Source: Nitrospirota bacterium
GTDB lineage: Bacteria > Nitrospirota > Thermodesulfovibrionia > Thermodesulfovibrionales > Dissulfurispiraceae
Direction: 5' to 3'
Length of the DNA stretch: 64,000 nt
Assembly (NCBI GenBank): GCA_963710375.1
Contig: CAVPZX010000005.1
Span: 384,001-448,000 of the forward strand
The first letter of the stretch is position 1. Each line of letters opens with the position of its first letter. The notes beneath the pieces are model-generated. The model was not told the origin of the DNA, searched no databases, and was given only the letters and a program-made list of their open reading frames with translations. The position numbers were made by a program, and so were the translations under genes. Below, one piece after another: positions 36,350 through 46,068 of the stretch.

Positions 36350-37063
36350 ATGGCCAATCTTGCAGTGAAGGCTGACAAGCTTGTTAAGTGGTTTGGAGAA
36401 GGAGAAGCCAAAACTGTCGCTGTGAGTGATGTCAGCTTTGAAGCCCACTTTGGGGAAATGCTGTACATCGAAGGCCCGTCAGGGAGCGGTAAGACAACAT
36501 TGTTGAGCATTATATCAGGAATTCTCAAGCCAAATTCAGGCACGGTGACAGTAGAGGGCAGAGATATCTGGAGTTTGACCAGTGACCAGCTCGCTGATTT
36601 CAGATTGAACAAGGTGGGATTCGTGTTTCAGGATTACCACCTCTTCCCAAAACTGACCACGGTAGAAAATGCAGCAATCCCCCTGATTTTGAAAAAGGTC
36701 GAGTGGAATGAATCCATAAAAATGGCCGCGAAGTATTTGGAAATAGTCGGTCTCAAGGACCGGGCCCAGCTCACTCCGGTCAAATTAAGCGGAGGGGAGC
36801 AGCAGCGGGTGGCTATTGCGAGGGCAATTGCGAGCAGCCCCGATATTCTTATATTTGACGAGCCTACAGCTTCATTGGATGGGGAAACAGGAAGGAGAAT
36901 TGTGGATTTTGTAAAGAAAAACATCCTGAACGAGAACCGGTGCATTATAATTGTCACGCATGACAGCAGGATATTCGAATATGCTGACAGGATAATGAAG
37001 ATGGCTGATGGCAAGATAACAGGAATAGTAAAAGGAGGCTTGCGTGAAGCGGAATCCCTTTGA
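36350..37063 (+). CDS. ABC transporter ATP-binding protein (LolD/DevA-like)
   Basis: GPSGSGKT, LSGGEQQR, FDEPT, VTHD. Confidence 0.93.
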   Translation: MANLAVKADKLVKWFGEGEAKTVAVSDVSFEAHFGEMLYIEGPSGSGKTTLLSIISGILKPNSGTVTVEGRDIWSLTSDQLADFRLNKVGFVFQDYHLFPKLTTVENAAIPLILKKVEWNESIKMAAKYLEIVGLKDRAQLTPVKLSGGEQQRVAIARAIASSPDILIFDEPTASLDGETGRRIVDFVKKNILNENRCIIIVTHDSRIFEYADRIMKMADGKITGIVKGGLREAESL

Positions 37064-37114
37064 CTGTGAGCGCAATGTGACAGTAAGTTGCAGGAATCGT
37101 AAAAGGAGGGCGGC

Positions 37115-38200
37115 GTGAGGAATAAGATATTGTTCTCTCTCTCAATTATAGGCATTCTGGTCGGCTCGTTAAGCGCTTATATATATGGCATTGAACACAA
37201 GCCGTTGCCCCCTGTGTTTAATCCGGCCTCAAATCCCTATGCAAAAGGCATCTATGCCAGTGGAATTACTGAAAGCTACCAAAGCAATGGAGAGAATATA
37301 AATATATACCCCGAGGTGCCTGGAGTTGTGGTAAAAATCCCGGCAGCTGAAGGGCAAAAAGTGCATAAGGGAGATCTGCTGCTTGTTATGGATGATTCCG
37401 TACAAAGGGCGACTGCCGAACAGCAGAAATCGCAGGCTGAAGCAGCGCTCGCCCTGCTCGAAGAGCTGAAGGCCGAGCCGAGAAAAGAAAACCTCGAAAT
37501 TGCTGTTGCCCAGGTCGATTTTGCCGCGGCAAGCCTCAAGACATCTGAAGACCAATTGGACAAGCTCAGGAAATCTTACGAGCTCAATCCCAAATCGGTG
37601 AGTAAGAACGATTTGGATAATGCGGAAAATGCCGTTAAAACCGCAAGAGCGAATCTCGAAGTCGCCCGGAAGCAGTACGAACTCACAAAGGCAGGGGCCT
37701 GGATTTATGACATAAGGAACCAGGAAAACCAGTACAAGGCGCTGATAAAAGCCTACACAGCTTCGGTGGCTCTATTGGACAAGTACGCCATAAAAGCTCC
37801 GGCAGATGGAGTGGTCCTTTCCATAAATGTGGCTGCAGGCGGCTACATTTCTTCTCTGGGCTCATACGATACATATACGCAAGGCGCTGTTCCGGCAATT
37901 GTTATGGGATGGCCGCAGGACTTTATAGGCGTCAGGTGTTATATCGATGAAATACTCGTGCACAGGCTTCCGCTGGCATCACAGATGAACGCGCAAATGT
38001 TTATACGGGGTACCAATATCAGTATTCCCCTGCAATATGTGAGGACGCAGCCTTATGTATCCCCCAAGATTGAATTATCGAATGAAAGGACCGAAAGGGT
38101 GGATGTTAGGGTACTGCCTGTGATATTCAGGTTCGAGAGGCCAAAGAACGTTAGCATTTATCCTGGGCAATTGGTGGATGTCTATATTGGAGAGAAATGA
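37115..38200 (+). CDS. HlyD-family membrane fusion protein
   Basis: Lipoyl-like halves (EGQKVHKGDLL, IKAPADGVV), coiled coil, ERVDVRVL. Confidence 0.88.
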   Translation: MRNKILFSLSIIGILVGSLSAYIYGIEHKPLPPVFNPASNPYAKGIYASGITESYQSNGENINIYPEVPGVVVKIPAAEGQKVHKGDLLLVMDDSVQRATAEQQKSQAEAALALLEELKAEPRKENLEIAVAQVDFAAASLKTSEDQLDKLRKSYELNPKSVSKNDLDNAENAVKTARANLEVARKQYELTKAGAWIYDIRNQENQYKALIKAYTASVALLDKYAIKAPADGVVLSINVAAGGYISSLGSYDTYTQGAVPAIVMGWPQDFIGVRCYIDEILVHRLPLASQMNAQMFIRGTNISIPLQYVRTQPYVSPKIELSNERTERVDVRVLPVIFRFERPKNVSIYPGQLVDVYIGEK

Positions 38201-38240
38201 TGAAACAGGTTAAGGTTGAGGTTAAGGTTGAGGGAAAAAG

Positions 38241-39725
38241 ATGAGTGATAAAAAAACAAAGTTTTTATTTTACTTTCTCACCCTCAACCTTAGCCTTAAC
38301 CTGTTTCTTGCCGGATGCACCGTTGGGCCGGACTTTGTCCGTCCCAATCCACCCGAGGTCAAAAGCTACACCCACGGTACAGACCTTGCCGCGACAATTC
38401 CTGCTGATGGTAAGGCCCAGCTTTTTGAACAGGGTGGCAGTGTCGCCGCAGACTGGTGGTGCCTTTTTAATTCCTCCAAGCTGGATGCTGTGATAAAGGA
38501 TGCCATCGCAGGCAACCAAACACTGCAGGCTGCGCAGGCCAGTTTGCGCCAGAGTCAGGATAATCTCCGGGCCGGTTACGGAGTCTTCTATCCACAGCTT
38601 AATGCGGGTTTTGATGCCACGCGTCAGAAGTCCTTACTTGCCAATTTGGGCGGCAGGCGAGTCTTCAGCATCTTCAACCTTTTTACACTCCAGGGGACTG
38701 TCAGTTATGCCCTCGATGTTTTCGGCGGAGAACGCCGCGCAGTGGAGAGTCTGGGAGCTCAGGTGGATTTTCAACGTTATGAGGTTAAAGGCACTTACCT
38801 CACCTTGTCCGGCAATATTGTAAACACTATCATTGCTCAGGCGGCCTATAGAGAACAGATTAAGGCTGCTGAACAAATCATCAGTATAGACAGGGAACAA
38901 GTCAGCATCTCCGAAGCGCAGTGGGAAGCCGGCACTGTCCCGTACTCAAGTGTGCTCAGCCTCCGCAGTCAGCTTGCCGCTGATGAGGCGACGCTCCCGC
39001 CGCTACGGCAGAAACTAAGCCAGACAGAGGATTTGCTTGCTACCCTGACAGGCCGCACACCGGCGGAGTATGTCCAGCCGCAAGTCGATTGGGCAGACCT
39101 GACGCTCCCGGTCAAACTGCCGTTAACCCTGACCTCGGAGTTGGTGCATCAGCGTCCTGATATTCTTGCTGCTGAGGCGCAGCTGCATAGCGCCGGAGCC
39201 GAAATCGGGGTAGCGACGGCAGCATTGTTCCCTAGTTTCACCTTGAGCGGAGCTTACGGAGTGAGCAACACCTCCTTTAGCGACCTCTTCAAAAATAGCA
39301 GCATATGGAGTCTTGGCTCAGGCGTTGTTACGCCGCTTTTCCATGGGGGAACTTTGTGGTACAATCGGCAAGCTGCCATTGAAGGCTATAATCAATCCCT
39401 GGCCAATTATCGCCAGACCGTTCTTAGCGCATTTGCCCAGGTTGCCGATACCCTCAGGGCATTGGAACATGATGCCGAGACCTTGCAGGCCCAGTCGCGG
39501 GCACTGAGTACGTCGGAGGAAGCGCTCCGGCTGGTGCAGGCAAATTACCGGGCCGGCACAGCCAACTATTTGCAAGTGCTTCTTGCGGATGATCAGTACC
39601 ATCAAGCCAGGATCGGCTATCTCGGGGCATCGGCCCAGCGGTTCCAGGACACTGTCGCACTATTTGTTGCCCTGGGTGGCGGTTGGTGGAATGACGCGGA
39701 GCAGTCTAATTTAACCAAAAATTAA
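38241..39725 (+). CDS. Efflux outer-membrane lipoprotein (NodT/TolC family)
   Basis: LAGC lipobox, RPDILAAEAQL, LFVALGGGWW. Confidence 0.92.
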   Translation: MSDKKTKFLFYFLTLNLSLNLFLAGCTVGPDFVRPNPPEVKSYTHGTDLAATIPADGKAQLFEQGGSVAADWWCLFNSSKLDAVIKDAIAGNQTLQAAQASLRQSQDNLRAGYGVFYPQLNAGFDATRQKSLLANLGGRRVFSIFNLFTLQGTVSYALDVFGGERRAVESLGAQVDFQRYEVKGTYLTLSGNIVNTIIAQAAYREQIKAAEQIISIDREQVSISEAQWEAGTVPYSSVLSLRSQLAADEATLPPLRQKLSQTEDLLATLTGRTPAEYVQPQVDWADLTLPVKLPLTLTSELVHQRPDILAAEAQLHSAGAEIGVATAALFPSFTLSGAYGVSNTSFSDLFKNSSIWSLGSGVVTPLFHGGTLWYNRQAAIEGYNQSLANYRQTVLSAFAQVADTLRALEHDAETLQAQSRALSTSEEALRLVQANYRAGTANYLQVLLADDQYHQARIGYLGASAQRFQDTVALFVALGGGWWNDAEQSNLTKN

Positions 39726-39808
39726 TTTGCCGTTAACACATCTGTAATAATTGCTCTATATTATAGTAAGTTATTTATTCGCAGACCCTAACTAGGAGGC
39801 CCATTATC

Positions 39809-41410
39809 ATGAGTTATAAAGTATTGGTAACCGATAAGATTAATGAAATTGCCGTGAAAATCCTGGAAAGCAGCTGTGAGGTAGATTATAAACCTGTTGT
39901 CAGTGCTGAAGAGCTTAAAGCCATCATTACAGACTACGACGCTTTAATGATTAGAAGCTCTTCAAAAATCACCAAAGACATAATCGCTGCCGCTGACAGG
40001 TTGAAAGTAGTTGGCAGGGCAGGTGTTGGAGTAGATAATGTCGATATTGACGCTGCCACAGACAAAGGAATAATTGTCATTAACTCACCTGAAGGCAATA
40101 CAGTATCAGCTGCTGAACATACGATAGCCATGATGCTGTCCATGACCAGGCATATCCCGGCAGCTGATGTTTCTATTAAGGAAGGCAGATGGGACAGGTC
40201 TAAGCTGACAGGTAGGGAGATCTTTAATAAAATATTAGGCGTAGTCGGTTTCGGGAAAGTTGGAAGCAGAGTGGCTTCTGCTGCCAGGGCAATGGGCATG
40301 AAAGTTTTGGTATATGATCCGTTTGTGGGCAAAGAGATCGTAGAAACGGCGGGCGCTTGTTATGTTGCATCGCTTGATGATATTTGGAAGTCGGCCGACT
40401 TTATCACATTGCATATTCCTAAAAACAAAGATACTCTTAATTTAATTAACAAAGACACAATAGCCAAGATGAAAAAAGGCGTAAAAATAATCAACTGCGC
40501 CAGGGGCGGAATAGTTAATGAGACTGATCTGGCGGAAGCGATTCAAAACGGTCATGTCGAAATGGCTGCTATTGACGTTTTTGATAAAGAACCTGTTGAA
40601 GGTTCGCCACTTTTGAAGATGGGGGACAAAGTTGTTCTCACCCCGCACCTGGGAGCCAGCACGGAAGAAGCACAAATAAATGTTGCCGTTGATGTTGCCG
40701 AGCAGATCAGGGATATGTCTCAGGGCCTGCCTGCAAGAAGCGCAGTTAATATCCCTTTCCTGAAGCCTGAAACACTTGAACCTGTAAAACACTATATGTC
40801 ACTTGCTGAGAACCTCGGATCCCTTGTGAGACAAGTTACAATCGGCGCTACACGGGAAATAGAAATAGTTGCCTGTGGCGAACTAGCCGGATTAGAAATC
40901 TCTCCGTTGGTAGTGGCAGTTACTAAAGGAGTTTTAGAGTGCAGCGGTGAGGGAGTTAATTATGTTAACGCTCCCAGGTTAGCTCAAAGAAGTGGAATAC
41001 ACTTCAAGAGATCGACGTCAACAGATTCAGAAAGCTATCTGGGCCTTTTAAAAGTGGTACTGACCACGGACAAAGAAACAAATAAGGCGACAGGTACCAT
41101 TATAGGCAATGATATTCCGAGAATTCTTGGAGTTAATGGTTATCACACAAGTATTGAGCCTGCCGTACATATGCTGGTTCTGCCTCATAAAGACAAACCA
41201 GGCATGGTTGCTCAGGTGGCAACGCTATTAAGTAAAGAGAACATTAACATATCGATGATGCAGGTAGGAAGAAAAGTTCGTGCACAGGCAGGCGGCGAAT
41301 CCATGATGATTTTAAACATTGATGAGCCTGTAACTGACGACATCCTTAAGCAATTACGTAAAATAGACGGCATTTATAATGCGAAATATGTTAACTTGAA
41401 GGCGAAATAA
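39809..41410 (+). CDS. serA: D-3-phosphoglycerate dehydrogenase (long form, ASB+ACT)
   Basis: GRAGVGVDNVD, GFGKVG, INCARGG, TPHLGAST; C-terminal ACT DKPGMV. Confidence 0.95.
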   Translation: MSYKVLVTDKINEIAVKILESSCEVDYKPVVSAEELKAIITDYDALMIRSSSKITKDIIAAADRLKVVGRAGVGVDNVDIDAATDKGIIVINSPEGNTVSAAEHTIAMMLSMTRHIPAADVSIKEGRWDRSKLTGREIFNKILGVVGFGKVGSRVASAARAMGMKVLVYDPFVGKEIVETAGACYVASLDDIWKSADFITLHIPKNKDTLNLINKDTIAKMKKGVKIINCARGGIVNETDLAEAIQNGHVEMAAIDVFDKEPVEGSPLLKMGDKVVLTPHLGASTEEAQINVAVDVAEQIRDMSQGLPARSAVNIPFLKPETLEPVKHYMSLAENLGSLVRQVTIGATREIEIVACGELAGLEISPLVVAVTKGVLECSGEGVNYVNAPRLAQRSGIHFKRSTSTDSESYLGLLKVVLTTDKETNKATGTIIGNDIPRILGVNGYHTSIEPAVHMLVLPHKDKPGMVAQVATLLSKENINISMMQVGRKVRAQAGGESMMILNIDEPVTDDILKQLRKIDGIYNAKYVNLKAK

Positions 41411-41415
41411 CGAAT

Positions 41416-41751
41416 ATGAATATTAAAAAAATAATGATTGTGATAGTTGTAATATTGCTGCTGGCAATAGCAATCAACTATTACACAGGAACAACCATTC
41501 TCATAAACGGGAACAAAGTGTCCGGCGTATGGGGTTATATAGCAGCGTACTTTGCGCTGGTTCTCGTTGCCGCGGCGTTGGTTATTGTAATACCATCAAC
41601 CCTTATACTAATTGCAGTGCTTTTAGTAGTTTTCGGAATCTTCTTTGTTGTATTCTTTCCTCTGTTGCCCATCGTTTTCCTTTTAATTCCCGGCATCGTC
41701 TTTGCCGGCGTTGTTTACCTCATTTATAAAATGGCGAGAAAGAAAAAGTAA
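41416..41751 (+). CDS. Hypothetical membrane protein
   Basis: 111 aa, almost entirely hydrophobic, basic termini. Confidence 0.7.
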   Translation: MNIKKIMIVIVVILLLAIAINYYTGTTILINGNKVSGVWGYIAAYFALVLVAAALVIVIPSTLILIAVLLVVFGIFFVVFFPLLPIVFLLIPGIVFAGVVYLIYKMARKKK

Positions 41752-41780
41752 TAAGTTCTGAAAGCCGGATAAGGCTGCCT

Positions 41781-41965
41781 CTGCAATTCAGACAGCACAG
41801 GGTAATTTTTCTTTGCGAGCGATTAGCCCGTTGTTCCAATCCTGCTGTCTGCACGGATAATCATTCGCGTTCCGGTTGAATGTGTGGGCTCGGCGTTACT
41901 CGCCCACTGCAGATAACCCAGGCGCTCGACTGCAGAAAAATAACCCTGTACTGTCTGAATTGCAG
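41781..41965. mobile_element. MITE-like element family A, copy 2 (185 bp)
   Basis: Same termini and conserved internal blocks (TTTGCGAGCGATTAGCCC; GGGCTCGGCGTTACTCGCCC; GCAGATAACCCAGGCGCTCGACTGCAGAAAAA) as 30926-31110; no visible TSD. Confidence 0.82.
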
Positions 41966-42017
41966 AATCTAGAGTGTGTTAGCTCAATTAAGAACCGCAT
42001 TCATAGTATAATACAAG

Positions 42018-42812
42018 GTGCTGCGGTATCCAAATATCAATCCTGAAATTGTCAGGGTCGGGCCGTTTGCGGTCAGGTGGTACGGGGTGATGTACCTGAT
42101 CGGATTTGCATCGTCCTATCTTCTCGTGAAGTATCAGCTAAAAAAGTCCGGAAGCCGGGATAGAGTGGATATAGACTCCCTTTATTCATATGTCATACTC
42201 GGTCTTCTGGCAGGTGCGAGACTGGGTTATGTCGTGTTTTACAATCTTCCCTTTTACCTCAGCCATCCTCTGGAGCTGTTTGCCGTGTGGCACGGAGGTA
42301 TGTCGTTTCATGGCGGACTTATCGGGAGCATCGTTGCAGGGTACCTGTTCTGTAAAAAAATGAAGCTCGATTTCTGGCAGACAGCGGACCTTGTCATTGT
42401 TACGGCTCCAATCGGGCTTGGTCTCGGAAGGCTGGGGAATTTTATCAATGGAGAGTTGTACGGCAGAGTGGCTGATGTGCCGTGGGCCATGGTCTTCCCC
42501 TCAGGGGGGCCTGTGCCGCGTCACCCATCGCAGCTTTACGAGTTTTTTCTGGAAGGAGTGGTCCTGTTTGTTGTGCTCTGGATATTGAGAAGAAAGCATT
42601 ATAAGCCGGGGATACTGACCTCGCTGTTCGTGATTTTGTACGGGGCATTCCGGTTTTTTGCAGAGTTTTTCAGGGAGCCTGATGCGCAACTCGGTTATGT
42701 CCTCGGCATGCTTACTATGGGACAGGTGTTGTGCCTGTCCATGCTGCTGGCCGGGATAATAATGATGTACGCGCTAAATAGGGCGTATCGCACGATTAAA
42801 ATAAAAAGATAA
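42018..42812 (+). CDS. lgt: Prolipoprotein diacylglyceryl transferase
   Basis: VRWYGVMY, GGMSFHGG, GRLGNFINGELYGR, HPSQLYE. Confidence 0.96.
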   Translation: MLRYPNINPEIVRVGPFAVRWYGVMYLIGFASSYLLVKYQLKKSGSRDRVDIDSLYSYVILGLLAGARLGYVVFYNLPFYLSHPLELFAVWHGGMSFHGGLIGSIVAGYLFCKKMKLDFWQTADLVIVTAPIGLGLGRLGNFINGELYGRVADVPWAMVFPSGGPVPRHPSQLYEFFLEGVVLFVVLWILRRKHYKPGILTSLFVILYGAFRFFAEFFREPDAQLGYVLGMLTMGQVLCLSMLLAGIIMMYALNRAYRTIKIKR

Positions 42813-42838
42813 ATAATAACTTGCCAAGGAGAAGAGAC

Positions 42839-43534
42839 GTGAAAAAGATCATATTATGGTTTTTAGTATTAATAAGTGTGTATGCCAATATATCGTGTTC
42901 CAAACCGGATTACAAAAAGGTTGCAAATGACTTCATAACTACTACAACCACCATCAGAGATTACACTATCAGGGGAGTGGAAGCTACGAGTTCTCCCAAG
43001 TGGAAGGCTGTTATTGTGTATATAAAACAGGGCGGAACGAATATGCCTATTGTATTATTTGTATCAGACGATGGTCTGTCTATCGTGCCAAATTCAATGA
43101 TCTATGTTAACAATAAGCCGATTTTTACTAAAAAACTTGAGCCCGAACTTGGCAAGATAGATTTTCAGCTCTCTGGAAAGGACCGGCTTGTTTACAATCC
43201 CTCTGGAAATAAAACGGTTTACATGTTTACTGATCCTGACTGCCCATTTTGCAAGCAGGCCAGGGAGAAGCTCAAGAACTATAAAGGAGAATATAGGGTG
43301 GTAGTTAAGTATTTTCCGTTAGAGCAGATTCATCCCGGCGCAACTAAAAAAGCAATTGAAGAGCAGGCAGAGTGGCTTAAGAATAACAGAAAAGACCTTT
43401 CAAAAAAGGCAGATATTTATAAGGAGGCCCAACGAATGGTCGAAGAAGACATTATGGAAGCCAGAAAAGCTGAGATCAGGGGTGTCCCGACATATGTAAT
43501 GGAAGACGGAACCTTAAAGCAGGGGCTGTTTTAG
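42839..43534 (+). CDS. DsbC/DsbG-like thioredoxin-fold lipoprotein
   Basis: Signal peptide with Cys; FTDPDCPFC; cis-Pro motif GVPT. Confidence 0.8.
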   Translation: MKKIILWFLVLISVYANISCSKPDYKKVANDFITTTTTIRDYTIRGVEATSSPKWKAVIVYIKQGGTNMPIVLFVSDDGLSIVPNSMIYVNNKPIFTKKLEPELGKIDFQLSGKDRLVYNPSGNKTVYMFTDPDCPFCKQAREKLKNYKGEYRVVVKYFPLEQIHPGATKKAIEEQAEWLKNNRKDLSKKADIYKEAQRMVEEDIMEARKAEIRGVPTYVMEDGTLKQGLF

Positions 43535-43604
43535 GGCTCAAAGGCGGCAATTTCAGATATAATGGTGTACTGGAGATTGGGACCCGGAACTGGGGAGGCG
43601 CTTA

Positions 43605-44075
43605 GTGGACAGTGAGACGGCAGCCGGTTTGAACAGTCTTAAAAAACATGTTTTTTACGAGTTACTGCGTATCGGCGGGAGGGTATTTATACTCGTGAGG
43701 TATTCTGAGCATGTTATACTGGGAAACCGCGGCCTTACTGAAGATGAAAGGGAAAACGGCATTGTCCTCGTATTTAACCCGGGGATGAACTTCCAGTGGG
43801 ATGACTACGGGATTACCGCCACACTAGTCTTCGGCAGTTCATCCCAGAAATGTTTTATTCCAGTGGATGATATAGCAGCCGTCTATTCTTCCGATCTCAA
43901 TGCGCAATTTATGGTATTGCCCATGTCAAAGAAAATGCAGGACTTCCGGGCAAGGAGCACAGTCAGTGATGAAGACGCTTCTGTATTTGATGGTAATGTC
44001 ATTAAGGTCGATTTTACAAAGAGACAAAAGAAACACGACGCTGCAGAGGGAAAGGACGGAGATGTTCCGTCATAA
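43605..44075 (+). CDS. SspB-like (ClpXP adaptor) family protein
   Basis: ATLVFG...CFIPVDDIAAVYS core and C-terminal VIKVDF motif. Confidence 0.6.
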   Translation: MDSETAAGLNSLKKHVFYELLRIGGRVFILVRYSEHVILGNRGLTEDERENGIVLVFNPGMNFQWDDYGITATLVFGSSSQKCFIPVDDIAAVYSSDLNAQFMVLPMSKKMQDFRARSTVSDEDASVFDGNVIKVDFTKRQKKHDAAEGKDGDVPS

Positions 44076-44103
44076 TATAAGTGCTGTAACCGGTACACGG
44101 ATG

Positions 44104-44652
44104 TCAGGCGCTTTCTAACAACAACTTTTTCAGGAGCTCTTTGATCGCGAAAAATTCTGCTTGTTCAATTTTGCCTGCTTTAGAATAACGAACAATGCCT
44201 CTTTTATCTATAATGATGCAATTGCTTTCTCCCTTTATGATCTTATACTTTTCAAAGAAGCTGCCGTCCCAGTCGCCGTAAATTGTTATTCCTTCCTTCA
44301 AGGAGTTTTTTATCAAGTTCTTCGCCCAGATTCCTTTAAATGGCCAAACAGCGCCACTGCAATTAATAACGGCTAATCTTGAAACTTGCTTTTTTATTGA
44401 ATCGGGTTGATCCTTATAGAACTGATTCAATTCATTTTTTAACTCACGATTTTGCTCGATAATTTCTTTTTCTTTAGTTTCATAGAAAATCGTTATCACT
44501 GAACCTTTTAATTGATTTAGCGATATGTTCTTATCATCCCCTGATGTTATGAAAAATTCAGGGGCTCTCATTCCGTCCTCCAATAAGCAAAAGGCATTTG
44601 AATGCATAAGCAATGATAAAAAGATAACACATAAAACAATTGTTCTCATCAA
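44104..44652 (-). CDS. Exported redoxin/YtfJ-like protein lacking CxxC
   Basis: Signal peptide, GMRAPEF, DWDG, IIIDKRGIVRY; AT-rich. Confidence 0.6.
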   Translation of the reverse strand: MMRTIVLCVIFLSLLMHSNAFCLLEDGMRAPEFFITSGDDKNISLNQLKGSVITIFYETKEKEIIEQNRELKNELNQFYKDQPDSIKKQVSRLAVINCSGAVWPFKGIWAKNLIKNSLKEGITIYGDWDGSFFEKYKIIKGESNCIIIDKRGIVRYSKAGKIEQAEFFAIKELLKKLLLESA

Positions 44653-44947
44653 AGCCTCCTCAAATCCTTATGATCATAAAGATGAAAGTAAACATTTTTG
44701 CGTGAAAAGAGTACATGCGTCCACGCATGATTTCTACTTTACTCAACGCCAATTGTATCATATGCGCAGGTTGTATTAGAAAGGTCAGATGGTGTTGTGC
44801 GTCTCAATTAGGAGAGAGAAGTAAAGGCCCCTTACAAATTCTCAAATATGTTTGTTATTCTAAGTACTCATTGTGTCGTCGAACTTCGCAAAGCAGATGA
44901 GGAGGCATATCAGCGGAGAAATCCAACAGTCTGATATGACATAGGAA

Positions 44948-45283
44948 ATGGATAACGAGCACCTTGTACACGATTTGATTGTTGACCATTTAAGACACAG
45001 GTTCAGAAGGGATTATAGTGAGATCAAGGTTAATCCAGGGGGAGGGCCTGATATGACCCTGTCAAATCACGGTCTTGTTCTTGCCGTTGTTGAAGTTGAA
45101 ACTGAAAGCAGCATCACTCCTGAAAAGGCCGAGCAATGGAAAGGCCTGGCGCAGCCCGGCACCAAGCTTATTGTCATGGTGCCAAAAAGCGCACGTGTAA
45201 AGGTTATGGAGATGTTATGGCAGAAGGGCATTGCTGATAAAGTGGGAGTGGGCACCTATGATATCGCTATCACGATGCCATGA
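44948..45283 (+). CDS. Hypothetical protein (possible PD-(D/E)XK-like fold)
   Basis: 111 aa; GPDMTL...VVEVET pattern. Confidence 0.6.
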   Translation: MDNEHLVHDLIVDHLRHRFRRDYSEIKVNPGGGPDMTLSNHGLVLAVVEVETESSITPEKAEQWKGLAQPGTKLIVMVPKSARVKVMEMLWQKGIADKVGVGTYDIAITMP

Positions 45284-45387
45284 GAAAGGCAAAATGGCAA
45301 AAGGTTGAAAAGTAAAACACGGGCAGACTTTTAATTTTATTACTTTTATTAAACCTTTGGCACTTTGCCATTAGCCTTTTGCCTTTG

Positions 45388-46068
45388 TTAGCCCCCTTGC
45401 TGTTTGCCTTCTTCAGGCAGTGCCATATGCCGTATAAGTTTACCTGCCACCAGGTAAATTACCATCTCGGCAATATTAGTGGCATGGTCGGCGATACGCT
45501 CAAGATATTGGGCCACAAAGATTATTTTTGTGGCCCTTGTTACTGTTGCGGGGTCCTGTACCATAAAGAAGACCAATTCTTTAAGAATTGCATTTCTCAG
45601 GTCATCAACTTCATCATCTCTCATAATGACATCCATTGCTAATTTTTTGTCCCCTTTTACAAATGCGTCAAGTGCGTCTCTTGTCATGCCCTGGGCAATT
45701 TCTCTCATCCTCGGGATATCGATGTACGGCTTTAGAATGGGTTCTTCATTCAGTTCAATAGCCCTCTCGGCAATATTGGATGCCATATCTCCCATCCTTT
45801 CGAGGTCAGTGGTAATCTTCATCGCCGTTGTTATAAATCTCAGGTCACTGGCCATGGGCTGCATGAGTGCAATGAGCTTTATGCACTCCTCATCAATTTC
45901 ACTATCAAGCGTGTTTATCTGGTGGTCGTTCTCGATAACAGTCTTGGCGAGCTGGTTGTCCCTGTTGACGAGCGCTCTTACCGAATCCTTTATGGAAGTT
46001 TCAACCATAGACCCCATTATAAGGACTTTCTCTTTAAGCCGCAGCAATTCCTCATCGAATATAGACAT
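45388..46068 (-). CDS. phoU: Phosphate signalling regulator PhoU
   Basis: DLERMGD, DDEVDD, YLERIADHATNIAE. Confidence 0.96.
   Translation of the reverse strand: MSIFDEELLRLKEKVLIMGSMVETSIKDSVRALVNRDNQLAKTVIENDHQINTLDSEIDEECIKLIALMQPMASDLRFITTAMKITTDLERMGDMASNIAERAIELNEEPILKPYIDIPRMREIAQGMTRDALDAFVKGDKKLAMDVIMRDDEVDDLRNAILKELVFFMVQDPATVTRATKIIFVAQYLERIADHATNIAEMVIYLVAGKLIRHMALPEEGKQQGG

Noticed and set aside
44870..44945. glmS-ribozyme-like leader (GAACT...GATGAGG)
   Set aside because: Lacks the AGCGCC core and the downstream gene is not glmS.
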